DNA of 64,000 nt from Verrucomicrobiales bacterium (GTDB lineage: Bacteria; Verrucomicrobiota; Verrucomicrobiia; Verrucomicrobiales; SLCJ01): assembly GCA_046075565.1 (NCBI GenBank), contig JBJTQJ010000004.1:18509-82508 (forward strand), written 5' to 3'. The stretch's first letter is position 1. Every line of letters begins with the position of its first letter. The position numbers and the translations under genes are program-made. Positions 22,747-34,822 of this stretch are shown here, piece by piece. A model generated the notes under the pieces. The model was given only the letters and a program-made list of their open reading frames with translations. It was not told the DNA's origin and searched no databases.

Positions 22747-24682
22747 TGAAGGGCGGGCAAGACTCTTTACCGGCGACGATATGCCCGTCGACGAGAAAAC
22801 GACAACCTTCGGCTTCCGCGAGATCCGTTCGAGCGGCGGGCAATGGACACTCAACGGTGTTCCGCTTTTCCTCCGGGGAACACTCGAGTGCTGCATTTTT
22901 CCCCTGACCGGTTATCCGCCAACCGATGTGGAATCCTGGAAACGCATCATCCGGATTTGCAAGGCACATGGATTGAACCATATCCGGTTCCACTCATGGT
23001 GCCCGCCCGAGGTGGCTTTCCTCGCCGCCGATCAACTCGGATTCTACTATCAAGTGGAGGCGTCCTCATGGGCCAACGAAGGAGCGGAAATCGGGAGCGG
23101 ACGTCCCCTCGACGTGTGGATGGAACGCGAAACCGAACGGATGGTCGAGGCCTACGGAAACCATCCGAGTTTCCTGCTTTTCGCCTACGGCAATGAGCCT
23201 TCCGGGAAAAATCATGTCAAGTGGCTGCGGGACTTTGTGGCCAAGTGGAAGAGCAAGGATTCACGGCGCGCCTACACCACCGGCGCCGGATGGCCTGTTG
23301 CGGCCGGCTCGGATTTCCACAGCAGCCCCGATCCGCGTTTGCAACGATGGGGCGAGCGCTTGAAATCCCGGCTCAATGCCCAGCCGCCTTCGACCGATTT
23401 CAATTGGAGCGAATTTATCCGCAAACACCCCGATTCTCCCGTTGTCTCCCATGAGATTGGCCAGTGGTGTGTTTATCCCAATTTGAAAGAGATCGAAAAA
23501 TACACCGGCTACTTCAAGGCGCGGAATTTCGAGATCTTCCGGGAGACGGCCCGGCGCAATAAGATTCTCGAACTCACGCCGGACTTTCTCCGTGCTTCCG
23601 GAAAATGGCAGGCCGCTTGTTACAAACATGATATCGAAGCCGCATTGCGCACGCCCGGATTCGGTGGATATCAACTGCTCGACTTGCACGATTTTCCGGG
23701 CAAGGGAACCGCCCTTGTCGGAGTGCTCGATGCCTTCTGGGATGAAAAAGGTTACATCAATGCTGAAGAATACGCCCGCTTCAGCGGTCCGGTCGTGCCA
23801 CTCGCTGAATTGCCGAAATTGATTTGGTCAACGGACGAGAACCTAACCGCGCGATTGTTGCTCTCCCATTTCGGGCCATCGGATTTCACGGACTTTACCC
23901 CGAGATGGGAGCTGCGCTGGGATGGGCGGGCATTCGCGGGCGGAACTCTCGCGAAACGGGATCTCAAGCGCGGGGCGTTGCATGAACTCGGCTCGATCAG
24001 CGTGCCTTTGAACGCCGTGTTGAAGCCGATACAGGCCCAACTCGTGGTTGGTGACGAGACCCTTACCTTGTGCAACCACTGTGATGTCTTCATCTACCCA
24101 ACGGTGAAGGCAGAGCGATCTCCTTCCGTGGTCGAAACCCGTTCGCTCGAGGATGCGCTCCGCGCTCTCGATGAAGGTAAGGTTGTCTGGTGGATGCCGG
24201 AGCCCGAGGCAATTGCCGATGATCCGGCACGACCGCTGGTTGCGGGATTCTCTCCCATGTTCTGGAACACGGCATGGACAAACTGGCAACCGCCGCACAC
24301 GCTCGGTCTTTTGATTAATCAAAAGCATCCGGCTTTGGCCGCCTTCCCGACCGGTGAGCACACGAATTGGCAATGGTGGTCGGTCCAACGGAACGCCCGG
24401 CCTTTCATTCTTCGCGATTTGCCATCGCATCCGGTGATCGTTCGTCCCATTGATGATTGGGTGACCAATCGTCCGTTGGCGTATTTGTTCGAAGCCAAGG
24501 TCGGGCCAGGGCGTCTGCTTGCCTGCGCATTTGATTTGCGCGAGGAGGCCGCCGCGGATCCCGCGTCACGGCACATGCGCGCGAGCATCCTGCGTTATCT
24601 GGAAGGAGATGGGTTCAAACCGAATGCCGAACTCGATGCCGCCGGATTGCGGGGATTGGTGAAATCATCGGACCGGCCATAG
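22747..24682 (+). pseudogene. GH2-family glycoside hydrolase, 5'-truncated at the palindrome axis
   Basis: Same motifs as the mirror copy; the ORF-track start at 22733 is a TTG supplied by the other arm. Confidence 0.8.
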
Positions 24683-24905
24683 CAGGAATCGGGGAGCGAA
24701 TCTTTCGGGCGCGGCAGAAAGAAAAGCGCGAAACTCCAGGGTAGCGAAATGCCTTCGCATTCCGATTGGGGAGAGTCCGATGCTCGAACGAGATTCTGTG
24801 TCCTTCACGCTCCGGCAACGGACACGACCCTGCGGGATCGTGTCCCTCCGGATTTTGTGCGCAGATCGATCGGTGCATGGAAGACTTTTCCGCACGCTTC
24901 ACCAC

Positions 24906-24944
24906 AAAAAAATGGCGGGCCCCTTCACGGAACCCGCCATTTTT
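24906..24944 (-). terminator. icd terminator, second copy
   Basis: Mirror of 20549-20587. Confidence 0.8.
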
Positions 24945-24963
24945 CTTCGACAATTTTCTTCGC

Positions 24964-26235
24964 TCAGAGGTGAGCGATGATGTTGTCTCCGAACTCGGAG
25001 CACTTGATCTTGGTCGCGCCTTCCATGAGGCGGGCAAAATCGTAGGTAACTTTCTTGCTGTCGATGGCGCCATTGAGTCCCTTGAGCACGAGGTCGGCCG
25101 CTTCGATCCAACCCATGTAGCGCAGCATCATTTCGCCGGAAAGGATGACCGAGCCGGGATTGACCTGATCGAGGTTGGCGTATTTGGGGGCGGTGCCGTG
25201 AGTAGCCTCGAAGATGGCGTGTCCGGTGATGTAGTTGATGTTTCCGCCCGGAGCGATGCCGATGCCGCCGACTTGCGCAGCGAGCGCGTCGGAAAGGTAA
25301 TCGCCGTTCAAGTTCAGGGTGGCGATCACATCGAAGTCTTCAGGGCGGGTGAGCACCTGCTGGAGCGTGATGTCGGCTATGGCATCCTTGATGATGATAC
25401 CGGCACCCGGCTTGCCTTCGGGAATGACACACCATGGTCCGCCATCAAGTTCGACCGCGCCGAATTCGTTTTTGGCCACATCATATCCCCAGTCGCGGAA
25501 AGCGCCTTCGGTGTATTTCATGATGTTGCCCTTGTGCACGATCGTCACGCTCTTCTGCCCGAAACGGATGGCGTATTCAATGGCCGAGCGCACGAGGCGT
25601 TCGGTGCCGGGACGGGAAACCGGTTTGAAGCCGACGCCGACCGAGGCCACGTCTTCCGCTCCGAAACGGACCTTCTTGAAGTCATCCGGGAAATTGGCCT
25701 TCAGGAACTCGAGCGTCTTGAGCGCTTTGTCCGACCCGGCCTGGAAATCGATGCCGGCGTAGATGTCCTCCGTGTTTTCACGGAAAATGACCATATCCAC
25801 TTTTTCCGGATGTTTGACCGGACTGGGCACGCCGGTGAAATACTGGACCGGGCGCAGGCAGACATAGAGGTCAAGAATCTGGCGGAGGGCGACGTTGAGG
25901 GAACGGATGCCGCCGCCGACCGGGGTGGTGAGGGGACCCTTGATGCCGACGAGGTATTCGCGGAAGGCGGTCAGGGTGTCGTCGGGCAGCCAAGTGCCGA
26001 GCTGATTGAACGCCTTTTCGCCGGCGAGGACCTCGAACCAGGAAATTTTTCTTTTGCCGGCGTAGGCTTTTTCCACGGCCGCATCGAGCACGCGGACGGA
26101 GGCGCGCCAGATATCGGGGCCGGTGCCATCGCCTTCAATGAAGGGAATGATCGGATGGTCGGGCACGACGAGTTTGCCGTTTTCAATGCGGATTGTTTCG
26201 CCGGTGGTCGGTGGTGTCAGGTGCTGGTAGGCCAT
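24964..26235 (-). CDS. icd: NADP-dependent isocitrate dehydrogenase, second copy
   Basis: Identical translation to 19258-20529. Confidence 0.97.
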   Translation of the reverse strand: MAYQHLTPPTTGETIRIENGKLVVPDHPIIPFIEGDGTGPDIWRASVRVLDAAVEKAYAGKRKISWFEVLAGEKAFNQLGTWLPDDTLTAFREYLVGIKGPLTTPVGGGIRSLNVALRQILDLYVCLRPVQYFTGVPSPVKHPEKVDMVIFRENTEDIYAGIDFQAGSDKALKTLEFLKANFPDDFKKVRFGAEDVASVGVGFKPVSRPGTERLVRSAIEYAIRFGQKSVTIVHKGNIMKYTEGAFRDWGYDVAKNEFGAVELDGGPWCVIPEGKPGAGIIIKDAIADITLQQVLTRPEDFDVIATLNLNGDYLSDALAAQVGGIGIAPGGNINYITGHAIFEATHGTAPKYANLDQVNPGSVILSGEMMLRYMGWIEAADLVLKGLNGAIDSKKVTYDFARLMEGATKIKCSEFGDNIIAHL

Positions 26236-26362
26236 GGATTGCTGTGGTTGAAATATGGCGGGGGAATTCGGAGCGCAAATACAGCGGATCCATGCCCTTC
26301 TGTCGAATGGTTTCGGCAGGAAATGCGGGATTTTTCCTTGCTGCCCAGCGCTGGTCTCCCGG

Positions 26363-26773
26363 AATGTGAATAACTCGAAACGGGCACGTCACCAAGCTGG
26401 TTGGCTTGATTCGATGAATGGATTCCCATTGCAAATCAGAGAAAATGGCATGATCGGCTTGGCGAAAGGTGGATCAGCGTTCCACATTGATTCTATCGGT
26501 GTTCCACGTGCAAGGGGAGGGAATGTCAAATGGCAGGTTCTCCTCTAATCCATTGATTTTGAGTTGTCTATAAACACAAGAATGGTCGCCGATTCTCTGG
26601 GGGCCAAGGAGTGGTTCCCTGGCGGGCCAAAGGGGAATTCTTGCTTCTGAAAAGCGCTCTTTGAATTTCCGCGAAATGCGTGTCTGCGGGGTCGGATGTC
26701 GGTAAATTGTGAATAACTTGGGAAAAACCGGGCAAAACCTGCGCCGCAAAGTCAGGATTTCCCGTGGAAACGC
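26363..26773. promoter_or_regulatory. Candidate oriC or DnaA-binding region, second copy
   Basis: Mirror of 18720-19130. Confidence 0.4.
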
Positions 26774-26792
26774 GGTGGCACGGGCTAGGGAT

Positions 26793-28376
26793 TCAAGATC
26801 CTTTGTCGGGCGACTTCATGACGGGAGTAGCGGGCTCCTGAAGTCCGGCCAGGCTGCGCCTGAAAAAGACATGGAGCGAGACTCCGGGGCGGATTTCGTA
26901 GTTCTTGCAGAGATGGGTGGCGAAGAGAGCCTGGGCGGCGTCGGGGAAATGGTCCGTGGATACGGCCACGATGTCGGGTGGTTCCTTGAGGTCGGGGAGG
27001 CTGCGGCCATAGCTGTTCGAGCCGAGTGCTTTCCTCCGATACCACGGCAGAGGCCAGCCATTTTCTTCTTCTCCGATGGCGAGCGTGAGGGTGCGGCCTT
27101 CGGAGGATTCGAGCTGGGAAATTTGGCGAGCCAGTTCGAGGATTTCCTGGCTGGTGTGTCCATAGACCATGGGTTGCTCGGGATCGGCCGGGGCCTCGGT
27201 GATCATTCTGCGGTCGTAGAGCAAAGCATGGGCGATGGTTGCGGCAAAGGCCAGGCACGCGGCGGCCATCAATGCGAGTTTGGCAGCGGGTGGTTTGCCC
27301 GCTTTGCGATCTGGCAGGCAGCCCGCGAGGGCATAACCGGAAAGCAGCATCAATCCATGCATGGTGGCGAGGAAGGACCACGGGGTCTTGTAAGGGATCA
27401 CCGAATAAATCACCATGGTGGCGATGGTGTAGGCGGCGAGAGCGCGGGGAAAACGTTTTGCATCACCACCTCCGGGCCACCATGCTCGCACCGCTCCCGC
27501 GAGGCCGAGAATCAGCACTCCAATCTCCGAATACCAGAACCCGCCGCTTGGCTTGAGGAAAAACAGCACCGCGAAATAGTAATTCCATGGTTGGTTGTGG
27601 CCGGCATCCGTTCCTTCAGCCCGGTTCAAATAAAGAAGATAGGTGCGGATGCCGTCCCAAATCGCTTCCGGTCGGCGGAATCCATGGCTCAACAAAGCCG
27701 CGGAAAGCACAAAGCCCAGCACACAGGAGGCAAGGATGGCTTTCCAATGCCGCTGCAGGAATCCGGGGATAGCCGTGATGCTCGCACGTCCACCGGCGAT
27801 TGCGGCGGCAAGTGCCATGGCCGCAACGTGCAGGACGAAGGTTTCCTTGGTCGCATGCAGAAGCCCGGCCGAGACCCCGGCTAGAATCCACCAGACGCGA
27901 CGCCGTCGCGGTTCGGTCTCCGTGGTGAAGCGCCAGCAGGCGAAGCCAAGCAGCGTGAGGAAAACCGCGAACGGCAACTCCATGATGTAGTAGCGGCTGA
28001 AAAAAACCATCATCGGCGAGACCGCCACCAAAACCGCGCCGAACGCGGCGCCTGCTTCGCCAAGCTCTTTCCGGAAAAGGAAAGTCATCAGCACGAGGAG
28101 CACGCCGTAGCCGGCCGTCACCCCGCGCAGGGTTGTTTCGTCCAAATCCTGGAATCGGTGCTGCCCGCGCGCCCAAGCCACGGGCAGGGTCGAGTAGTGC
28201 AAGGTCGGGCCGTGGTAGTCCTTGGGATCGTATTTGAAAGCCTCGCCCGCGAGCAGACGCCCGACCGTCACCCCATGGATGGCCTCGTCGGTGTGCATGA
28301 CCCGCGAGGGCAGGTCATGGAACCGCAGGGCGGCGGCGGCAATGAGAAGGGCGAAAATGGGAAGCAGTCTGGGCAT
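26793..28376 (-). CDS. GT-C/PMT-like membrane protein (TIGR03663-like), second copy
   Basis: Identical translation to 17117-18700. Confidence 0.8.
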   Translation of the reverse strand: MPRLLPIFALLIAAAALRFHDLPSRVMHTDEAIHGVTVGRLLAGEAFKYDPKDYHGPTLHYSTLPVAWARGQHRFQDLDETTLRGVTAGYGVLLVLMTFLFRKELGEAGAAFGAVLVAVSPMMVFFSRYYIMELPFAVFLTLLGFACWRFTTETEPRRRRVWWILAGVSAGLLHATKETFVLHVAAMALAAAIAGGRASITAIPGFLQRHWKAILASCVLGFVLSAALLSHGFRRPEAIWDGIRTYLLYLNRAEGTDAGHNQPWNYYFAVLFFLKPSGGFWYSEIGVLILGLAGAVRAWWPGGGDAKRFPRALAAYTIATMVIYSVIPYKTPWSFLATMHGLMLLSGYALAGCLPDRKAGKPPAAKLALMAAACLAFAATIAHALLYDRRMITEAPADPEQPMVYGHTSQEILELARQISQLESSEGRTLTLAIGEEENGWPLPWYRRKALGSNSYGRSLPDLKEPPDIVAVSTDHFPDAAQALFATHLCKNYEIRPGVSLHVFFRRSLAGLQEPATPVMKSPDKGS

Positions 28377-28477
28377 GGTCGGAACTTCCCATTTACCCGC
28401 AGGATGGGCCCGGCTTCAACCCCGAATCTTCCCGGAAGCGGCTTGCCACGGGCCCCGAGGAGGTGTATGGGTTTCTG

Positions 28478-29134
28478 ATGAACCAATCCCGCATCCTCAT
28501 TGGAATCCTCCTGCTCTTGGGAGCCGTCTTCGGCTACACGCAGTGGAGCAACAAACAGGACCTGCGCCAGCAGCGCGAGGATACGGCCAAACTCATCGAG
28601 GCGCTCACCGGGAAGACGTCCACTCCAGCGACCGCGCCCGCGGCAAACAACACCGCCGGAAATCCCGTCTCGAACCCGGCCCAACCGGCCACCGCAACGA
28701 CCGGCGGGGAAGAAACGCCGGCGGAACAACGGCTCCGCATTGTGACGGAAGAACTGGAAAAAATGCGTGCCGAAAAGGAAAACCTCCGCTTGCAGAGTGA
28801 AGCCGCCAGCGAGGAACGCGACCGCATGGCCGGCGAAAACGAAGCTCTGAAGCATCAGATCGACCAACGCATCGCCCAGATCCGGTCGGCACCCATGCTG
28901 GCCAAAATCACCTTCGTCAGCCCCGAGCATGGCGTCGCCGTCATGTCGGCGGGCCGGAATGCGAACATCGAACCCCGGGATGAATTCCGCATTCGTCGGG
29001 GAGACAAGATCATCTGCCGGGTGGTCGTCGGGGACAGCATCGAGGACAACGAGGCGGCCCTCGCCCCGATTCCCGGCTCCATGGCCCCGAAGGAGAGTAT
29101 CATGCAGGGCGACGAGGTCGTCTCCCTCGAGTGA
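28478..29134 (+). CDS. Hypothetical membrane-anchored coiled-coil protein, second copy
   Basis: Mirror of 16359-17015. Confidence 0.7.
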   Translation: MNQSRILIGILLLLGAVFGYTQWSNKQDLRQQREDTAKLIEALTGKTSTPATAPAANNTAGNPVSNPAQPATATTGGEETPAEQRLRIVTEELEKMRAEKENLRLQSEAASEERDRMAGENEALKHQIDQRIAQIRSAPMLAKITFVSPEHGVAVMSAGRNANIEPRDEFRIRRGDKIICRVVVGDSIEDNEAALAPIPGSMAPKESIMQGDEVVSLE

Positions 29135-29233
29135 TGGCAATCCCGGCCCATCGGCTGGCCGGGGTGGAAAATCGCGGGGATTGCTTGAATATATCCCCAT
29201 CCGGCACGGGTTCTGCTACAAATAGGCATACCC

Positions 29234-30709
29234 ATGCCCGGAATTTTTGAATCCTACGAACCCGGTGACTTCTTCGACGAGGTCTTCACCAGCGAAGACA
29301 ACGCCCGCCCCCATTACCAAAGCCTCATCAAGGCGCTGGGGAAACTTTCGCCCGAGGACTACGCCCAGAAGCAGGTGACCACGGACGCCGCTTTCTTGAA
29401 GCAAGGCGTCACGTTCACCGTCTATGGCGATGAAAGTGGCACCGAGCGCATTTTCCCCTTCGACCTCATGCCGCGGGTCATTCCCCGCTCGGAATGGGAT
29501 CAGGTCGAGGCCGGTCTCGTCCAACGCATCACCGCCCTCAATCTTTTCCTGCACGACGTCTACCACGCCCAACGCATCGTGAACGATGGTGTCGTCCCCC
29601 GCGAGGTCGTTGAATCGGCATCGCATTACCGCAAAGCCTTCCACGGCGTGCAGGTGCCGCACAATATCTACATCCACATCTGCGGAACCGATCTCGTGCG
29701 CGACCGCGACGGCACCTATTTTGTGCTCGAGGACAATGCCCGTTCGCCCTCCGGCGCATCCTACATGCTCGAGAACCGCATGGCCATGAAGCGGGCGTTT
29801 CCGCACTTGCTGCAATCACTGCCCGTACGACCGGTTGATTCCTACGGCACCATGCTGCGCGATACCCTGGCCCATCTCGCTCCCGCCGGAGTGGTGGACC
29901 CGGTCATTGTCCTGCTCACGCCCGGTGTCTACAACAGCGCTTACTTCGAGCATTGTTACCTGGCCCGCCAGATGGGTATCCCCATTGTCGAAGGACGTGA
30001 CCTCATCGTGCGTGGCGACCGCGTGTTCATGCGCACGACGCGTGGACTCGTGCAGGTGCATGTGATTTACCGGCGCATCGACGACGACTTCCTTGACCCC
30101 ATGGTCTTCCGTGAAGATTCCATGCTCGGGGTGCCCGGATTGGTCAGCGCATACCGCAATGGGCATGTCGCGTTGGCCAACTCGATCGGCACCGGTGTCG
30201 CCGACGACAAAGCCGTCTATGCCTACGTGCCGAGGATGATCAAATACTATCTCGATCAGGAGCCCATCCTCCCGAATGTTCCCACGCATCTCGCTTCCGA
30301 GGAAAACGAGCGGACATTTATCTTGGAAAATCTCGGCAAGCTCGTGGTCAAAGCCGTCAATGAATCCGGCGGCTACGGAATGCTCATGGGACCGGCTTCC
30401 ACCAAAGCGCAGCGCGAGGAATTCAAAGCCCGCATCATTGCCAATCCGCGCAACTACATCGCCCAGCCGGTGCTCTCGCTCTCGCGCCATCCGGTTTTCG
30501 TGGACGACCATTTCGAAGGCCGCCACATCGATCTACGGCCCTACATCCTTTATGGCAAACGGGTGAAGGTCGTGCCCGGCGGGCTCACCCGTGTCGCCTT
30601 GAAGAAAGGTTCGCTTGTCGTCAACTCGTCCCAAGGTGGCGGCAGTAAAGACACCTGGGTCTTCTGGGACGACAGCGGCCGCCCCGGCTCGGCTCCCGCC
30701 GGAGCGTAG
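29234..30709 (+). CDS. Circularly permuted type 2 ATP-grasp protein, second copy
   Basis: Identical translation to 14784-16259. Confidence 0.95.
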   Translation: MPGIFESYEPGDFFDEVFTSEDNARPHYQSLIKALGKLSPEDYAQKQVTTDAAFLKQGVTFTVYGDESGTERIFPFDLMPRVIPRSEWDQVEAGLVQRITALNLFLHDVYHAQRIVNDGVVPREVVESASHYRKAFHGVQVPHNIYIHICGTDLVRDRDGTYFVLEDNARSPSGASYMLENRMAMKRAFPHLLQSLPVRPVDSYGTMLRDTLAHLAPAGVVDPVIVLLTPGVYNSAYFEHCYLARQMGIPIVEGRDLIVRGDRVFMRTTRGLVQVHVIYRRIDDDFLDPMVFREDSMLGVPGLVSAYRNGHVALANSIGTGVADDKAVYAYVPRMIKYYLDQEPILPNVPTHLASEENERTFILENLGKLVVKAVNESGGYGMLMGPASTKAQREEFKARIIANPRNYIAQPVLSLSRHPVFVDDHFEGRHIDLRPYILYGKRVKVVPGGLTRVALKKGSLVVNSSQGGGSKDTWVFWDDSGRPGSAPAGA

Positions 30710-30750
30710 TCTACCCTCACTCAGCATTCTGTCCCTTAGGCACAAACACG

Positions 30751-30897
30751 AATGACGAAATACCCAAATACCCAAAGAAATCCGAAGAACGAAGTCCGAA
30801 TCCGGCGGGCGGGGCAGCTTGCTTCCGGAATATTGGCGCTCTGGACTACGCGTTTCTTCATGCATTGGGTATTTGGGTGTTTGGGTATTTCGTCATT
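30751..30897. repeat. Intergenic element with 26-bp terminal inverted repeats built from AAATACCC octamers
   Basis: AATGACGAAATACCCAAATACCCAAA ... TTTGGGTGTTTGGGTATTTCGTCATT. Confidence 0.7.
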
Positions 30898-30970
30898 GAT
30901 GGCAATCCCGCAATGCGGGCGAAATCATTCCTAGAATTCCGTCCCCCAACCCACCCATTCCCCATTTCCC

Positions 30971-32032
30971 ATGCTCAGCCGCGTCGCCGACAGCATTTAT
31001 TGGATGGCCCGATACATGGAGCGGGCCGAAAACCTCGCCCGTCTTCTCCATGCCAACAGCCAGCTCTACATGGATGCTGGATCCGGTGGTGGCGGCGAAG
31101 CCAGCTTCTGGGAACCCATCCTCATGACCACGGGTGAGGAAGAAGGATACGCCAAACTTTACCCGTCCGTGACCAGCGAGTGGATCGCCGAATACCTGAG
31201 TGTGCGGGATGAAAATGCGACTTGTATCCGCAACTGCGTGCGCACTGCCCGCGAGAATGCCCGCATGGTGCGCGACCAGATCTCCGACGAATTCTGGCGC
31301 ACCCTCAACGACATCCATCTCTTCCTCCATTCGCCGAAAGCCGAACGCCTGCGCGTGCAGCAGCCGAATGAATACTACGAGGAGATCATGCGCGCCTCCT
31401 ATCTCTTCCAGGGGGTCGCCCGTTCGACCATGGGCCGGGGCGAACAATGGTTGTTCCTGCAACTCGGCACCTATCTCGAACGCGCCGACCAGACCTCTCG
31501 TCAGGTGGACGTCTGCTCCTCGCTCGGATTGGAGATGCCTCCTCATCCTTCCGCCGCGCCGTTGCGCTGGGCCTCGTTACTTCATTCCTGTTCCGCCTAC
31601 CATCCCTTCCACGCCATCTGCAACCACCTCGAGCCCAAACGAATCCTCGAATTCCTCTTCCTCAGTGGTTCCTTCCCCCGCGCCATGCGCTTCTGCGTGC
31701 TTGAGGTGGACCGCGCCCTGCGCCAGGTCGCCGAACTGACCGCCGGCGGCACGGCCCTGCCCGTCAATGCCTTGCGTTTGGCCGGGCGCCTGCGCGCCGA
31801 CCTCGAGTTCTCGAGCATCGATGAAATCCTCGATGAAGGACTGCACAACTACATCGACCGCTTCCAGTCGCGCCTCATCGCCGTCGGCGCGGCCATCTTT
31901 GAAACCTTCGTTCTCTACGCCGATCTCCTTCCCGTTGAGGAAGTTCCGACTCCCGCTGTGACCGTCTTCCCCGGTGCCTACCACATCGGCTCCGACGACG
32001 ACTTGCAGCAACAGCAGCAGCAACAACAATAG
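30971..32032 (+). CDS. Alpha-E domain protein with poly-Q tail, second copy
   Basis: Identical translation to 13461-14522. Confidence 0.92.
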   Translation: MLSRVADSIYWMARYMERAENLARLLHANSQLYMDAGSGGGGEASFWEPILMTTGEEEGYAKLYPSVTSEWIAEYLSVRDENATCIRNCVRTARENARMVRDQISDEFWRTLNDIHLFLHSPKAERLRVQQPNEYYEEIMRASYLFQGVARSTMGRGEQWLFLQLGTYLERADQTSRQVDVCSSLGLEMPPHPSAAPLRWASLLHSCSAYHPFHAICNHLEPKRILEFLFLSGSFPRAMRFCVLEVDRALRQVAELTAGGTALPVNALRLAGRLRADLEFSSIDEILDEGLHNYIDRFQSRLIAVGAAIFETFVLYADLLPVEEVPTPAVTVFPGAYHIGSDDDLQQQQQQQQ

Positions 32033-32133
32033 CCTGGCGGATCAAAGCGCGGGTGTTACTACGTCTCGGGAAACGATTCAATGAAAGATTGCATCGTCCA
32101 AGCGATTATTAGGATAAAAATATCGTTTGTTCT

Positions 32134-34707
32134 GTGAAAAGCCGATTCTTTTCCTTCTGTTGGCCGGTTCTTCTCTGCTCGTTGACCGGTCTTCCCGCCC
32201 AGCCGTTGCAACAAACATTCCGCGATCTTCCCAACTCAGCGCGCCGCCTCACCGGACCGTAGTTCTGGCTGCACGGGGATGAATCGCCCGAGCGTCTCAA
32301 CGAGATTCTGGACAAGGTGGCGGAGGGAGGCAATGGCAGTTTCACGGCGGAATCCCGCCCCGACAAGGATTGGCTGGGCGAGGGATGGTATCGCGATCTG
32401 GGCATCTGCCTTGATGCGGCGAAACGCCATGACCTGCAAATGTGGATCTTCGATGAGGACTGGTGGCCCAGCCAGACGGTTGGTGGAAAGGTCCCGGTCG
32501 AGCGCGCCGCCAAAGCACTTACCGCTTCCGCCGTGGCTGTCGGGCAGGGTGGTGCCTGCGAATCAGGCTTCGCCGCACATCCAAACTTTGTCGCGATGAT
32601 TGCCGGTCGTCTGGAGGCGGATGGCACGGTCGATGCCACCACACTCATCGATCTTTCCCCACTTGCCGCGGATGGAAAAGTGGCGTGGAGTCCGCCCTCG
32701 GGATCGGGAAATTGGCAGGTGATGGAGTTCCGTTGGGAAACCGCACCAAGGCTGAAACAGGGGAAACGTTATGCGATTGATGGCATGAGTGCCGATTGTG
32801 TCGATGGGTATCTCCGGACGGTCTATCAACCACACCATGAACGATTCGGCAAGGATTTCGGCGGCACGATTCCCGGATACTTTTACGACGAACCCGAGAC
32901 TCCGGGCGACTGGGGCACCGAACTTGCCGATACCTTCAAGTCGATGGGGGTTGATTGGATGCCCGCCTTCGTGGCGTGGAAGTTCAAACTGTCTGGCGAA
33001 GCCCAGGACGCCGCATTCTACCAGTATGCCGAGGCCCGCGCGGAAACCTAGGGCCGTGTCACCTACGGCGGGCTTTCCGAATGGTGCCGCAAGCGCGGGG
33101 TCATCTCCATCGGCCATTTCATGGAGCATGGGAGACTCTACTTCAATCCTGCTTATTGCGCCGGGGACATGATGCGCTTGCAGAAATACAGCGACATGGG
33201 AGGCATCGATCTCGTTTGCCGCCAGATGTATCCCGGCAAGCGTCCGCACGACATCTATCAGACGCCGAAATTGGGGAGTTCGATTTCCCATGTCTATGGC
33301 AAATGCGATGACATCGCCATGTGCGAGATCTTCGGCGGTTATGATCAGGATCTCACCTATCCGCAAATGAGGTGGCTGTGTGATCAACACCAACTCCGCA
33401 GCATCAATTTCATGATTCCGCATTCATTCAATCCACGTGCCCCACAGGACAAGGACTACCCGCCCTACTTTTACAATGGCGGGTTCGAGCCGCGTTTCGC
33501 GCTATACCGCGTGTGGGCGGATTACAGCAGCAGGCTTTCCCTGATGCTCACGGGTGGTCGCCACGTCTGTCCCGTCGCCGTGCTTTTCAGCGGCAATGCC
33601 CGGCAGGTCGGTGTCTACACCACCCCCGAAGATCTGACCAGCGCATTGCAGGATTCCCTCTACGACTGCGATTGGCTGCCCTTCGAGCGATTCGAGGATG
33701 CCGTCACCCGCATCGAAAAAGGAGAATTACTTTTGCACGGGGAAAAATACCGGGTGCTCGTGGTGCCACCGGCCGAGGCCATGCCTCACGGCACGTTGGC
33801 GAAGGCGAAGGCGTTTTTCGATGCCGGTGGCATCGTGGTCGGCTACGGTCGCCTGCCGGAGAAATCCCTCACCCCGGGCAAGACACGCGCCGACATCGCG
33901 GCCCTGCGGGATGCGCTCTGGGGAAATCCGGAGAAGTCGGGGACATCTCTTTGCAAACGGAATGACCAAGGCGGTCGGAGTTATTTCCTGCCGGAAATTC
34001 CGTCGCCGGAGGAAATCAAAACCATGATGAATGATGCCGCAGTTCCGCCGCTGGTTCGCGTGCTCTCAGGCGAAACGGGCAACTGGCTGCACGCCTTGCG
34101 CCGGGTGGATCGGGAGGGCCGCGATGTGGTCTTTCTGGCGAACCAGAATATCGATGGCGGCGCTCGGAAGTTCTCGCTGTTGATCCCCGGAGTGACCGGC
34201 GCACCCGAGGTCTGGGATGCCATGAGCGGGGAGATCACCGGCATCCCGTCACGGCAGACGAAGGATGGTGTCGCCGTGGAGATTACCCTTGAACCGATGG
34301 AGAGCGTGCTGCTGCGTTTTGGCGGGTCGGAGATCCGTCCTCCACGTCTCGGATCGAAATCGAAACCGCTCGCCGTGATCCCCGCCCAAACGGACGCCTC
34401 CGTTCCTCCGGTGGTGTATCCGGTTCCTGCGCAAGGCCAGAAAAGCCCGTGCGCGGGAACAGCCTTCCAAGGGAACATCGAGGTCCCGTCCGAACTGCTG
34501 ATCCCCGGCCGCCGGGCTGTTCTGGTCTGCGAAATGGATACAAATGTCCAGGAAGACGCGGCCGCCATCCGGATCAACGGGACGCACGCCGGTGGATGGA
34601 TCGGGAAGCCTTATCGGCTCGATGTAACCCGGCACCTCAAACCCGGCCGCAACACGTTGCGGATCGAACCCTTCCTCGTGCGTGGCGTGACCATCGAAAT
34701 CCATTGA
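32134..34707 (+). pseudogene. GH106 (alpha-L-rhamnosidase-like) hydrolase, ~857 aa, with two in-frame TAGs
   Basis: One frame from GTG 32134 (signal-peptide-like start), TGP*FWLHGDES (TAG 32260), WIFDEDWWPS, YFYDEP, AET*GRVTYGG (TAG 33049), GHFMEH, FMIPHSF. Confidence 0.75.
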
Positions 34708-34822
34708 CCGCAGGCATCCCGGATCTTTGATCCTTGGCCGGCGAAATCGGGCGAACCATGAAATCCGCTTGAACTGGGGCGCAACCGGGGGCTTGCTAAC
34801 CGTTCTCCGACAAAGTCCCAGC

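Noticed and set aside
22730-22765. Protelomerase target site at the palindrome axis
   Set aside because: The axis is GC-rich coding sequence truncating a gene, and no telomere resolvase is nearby. Not fully excluded without reads.
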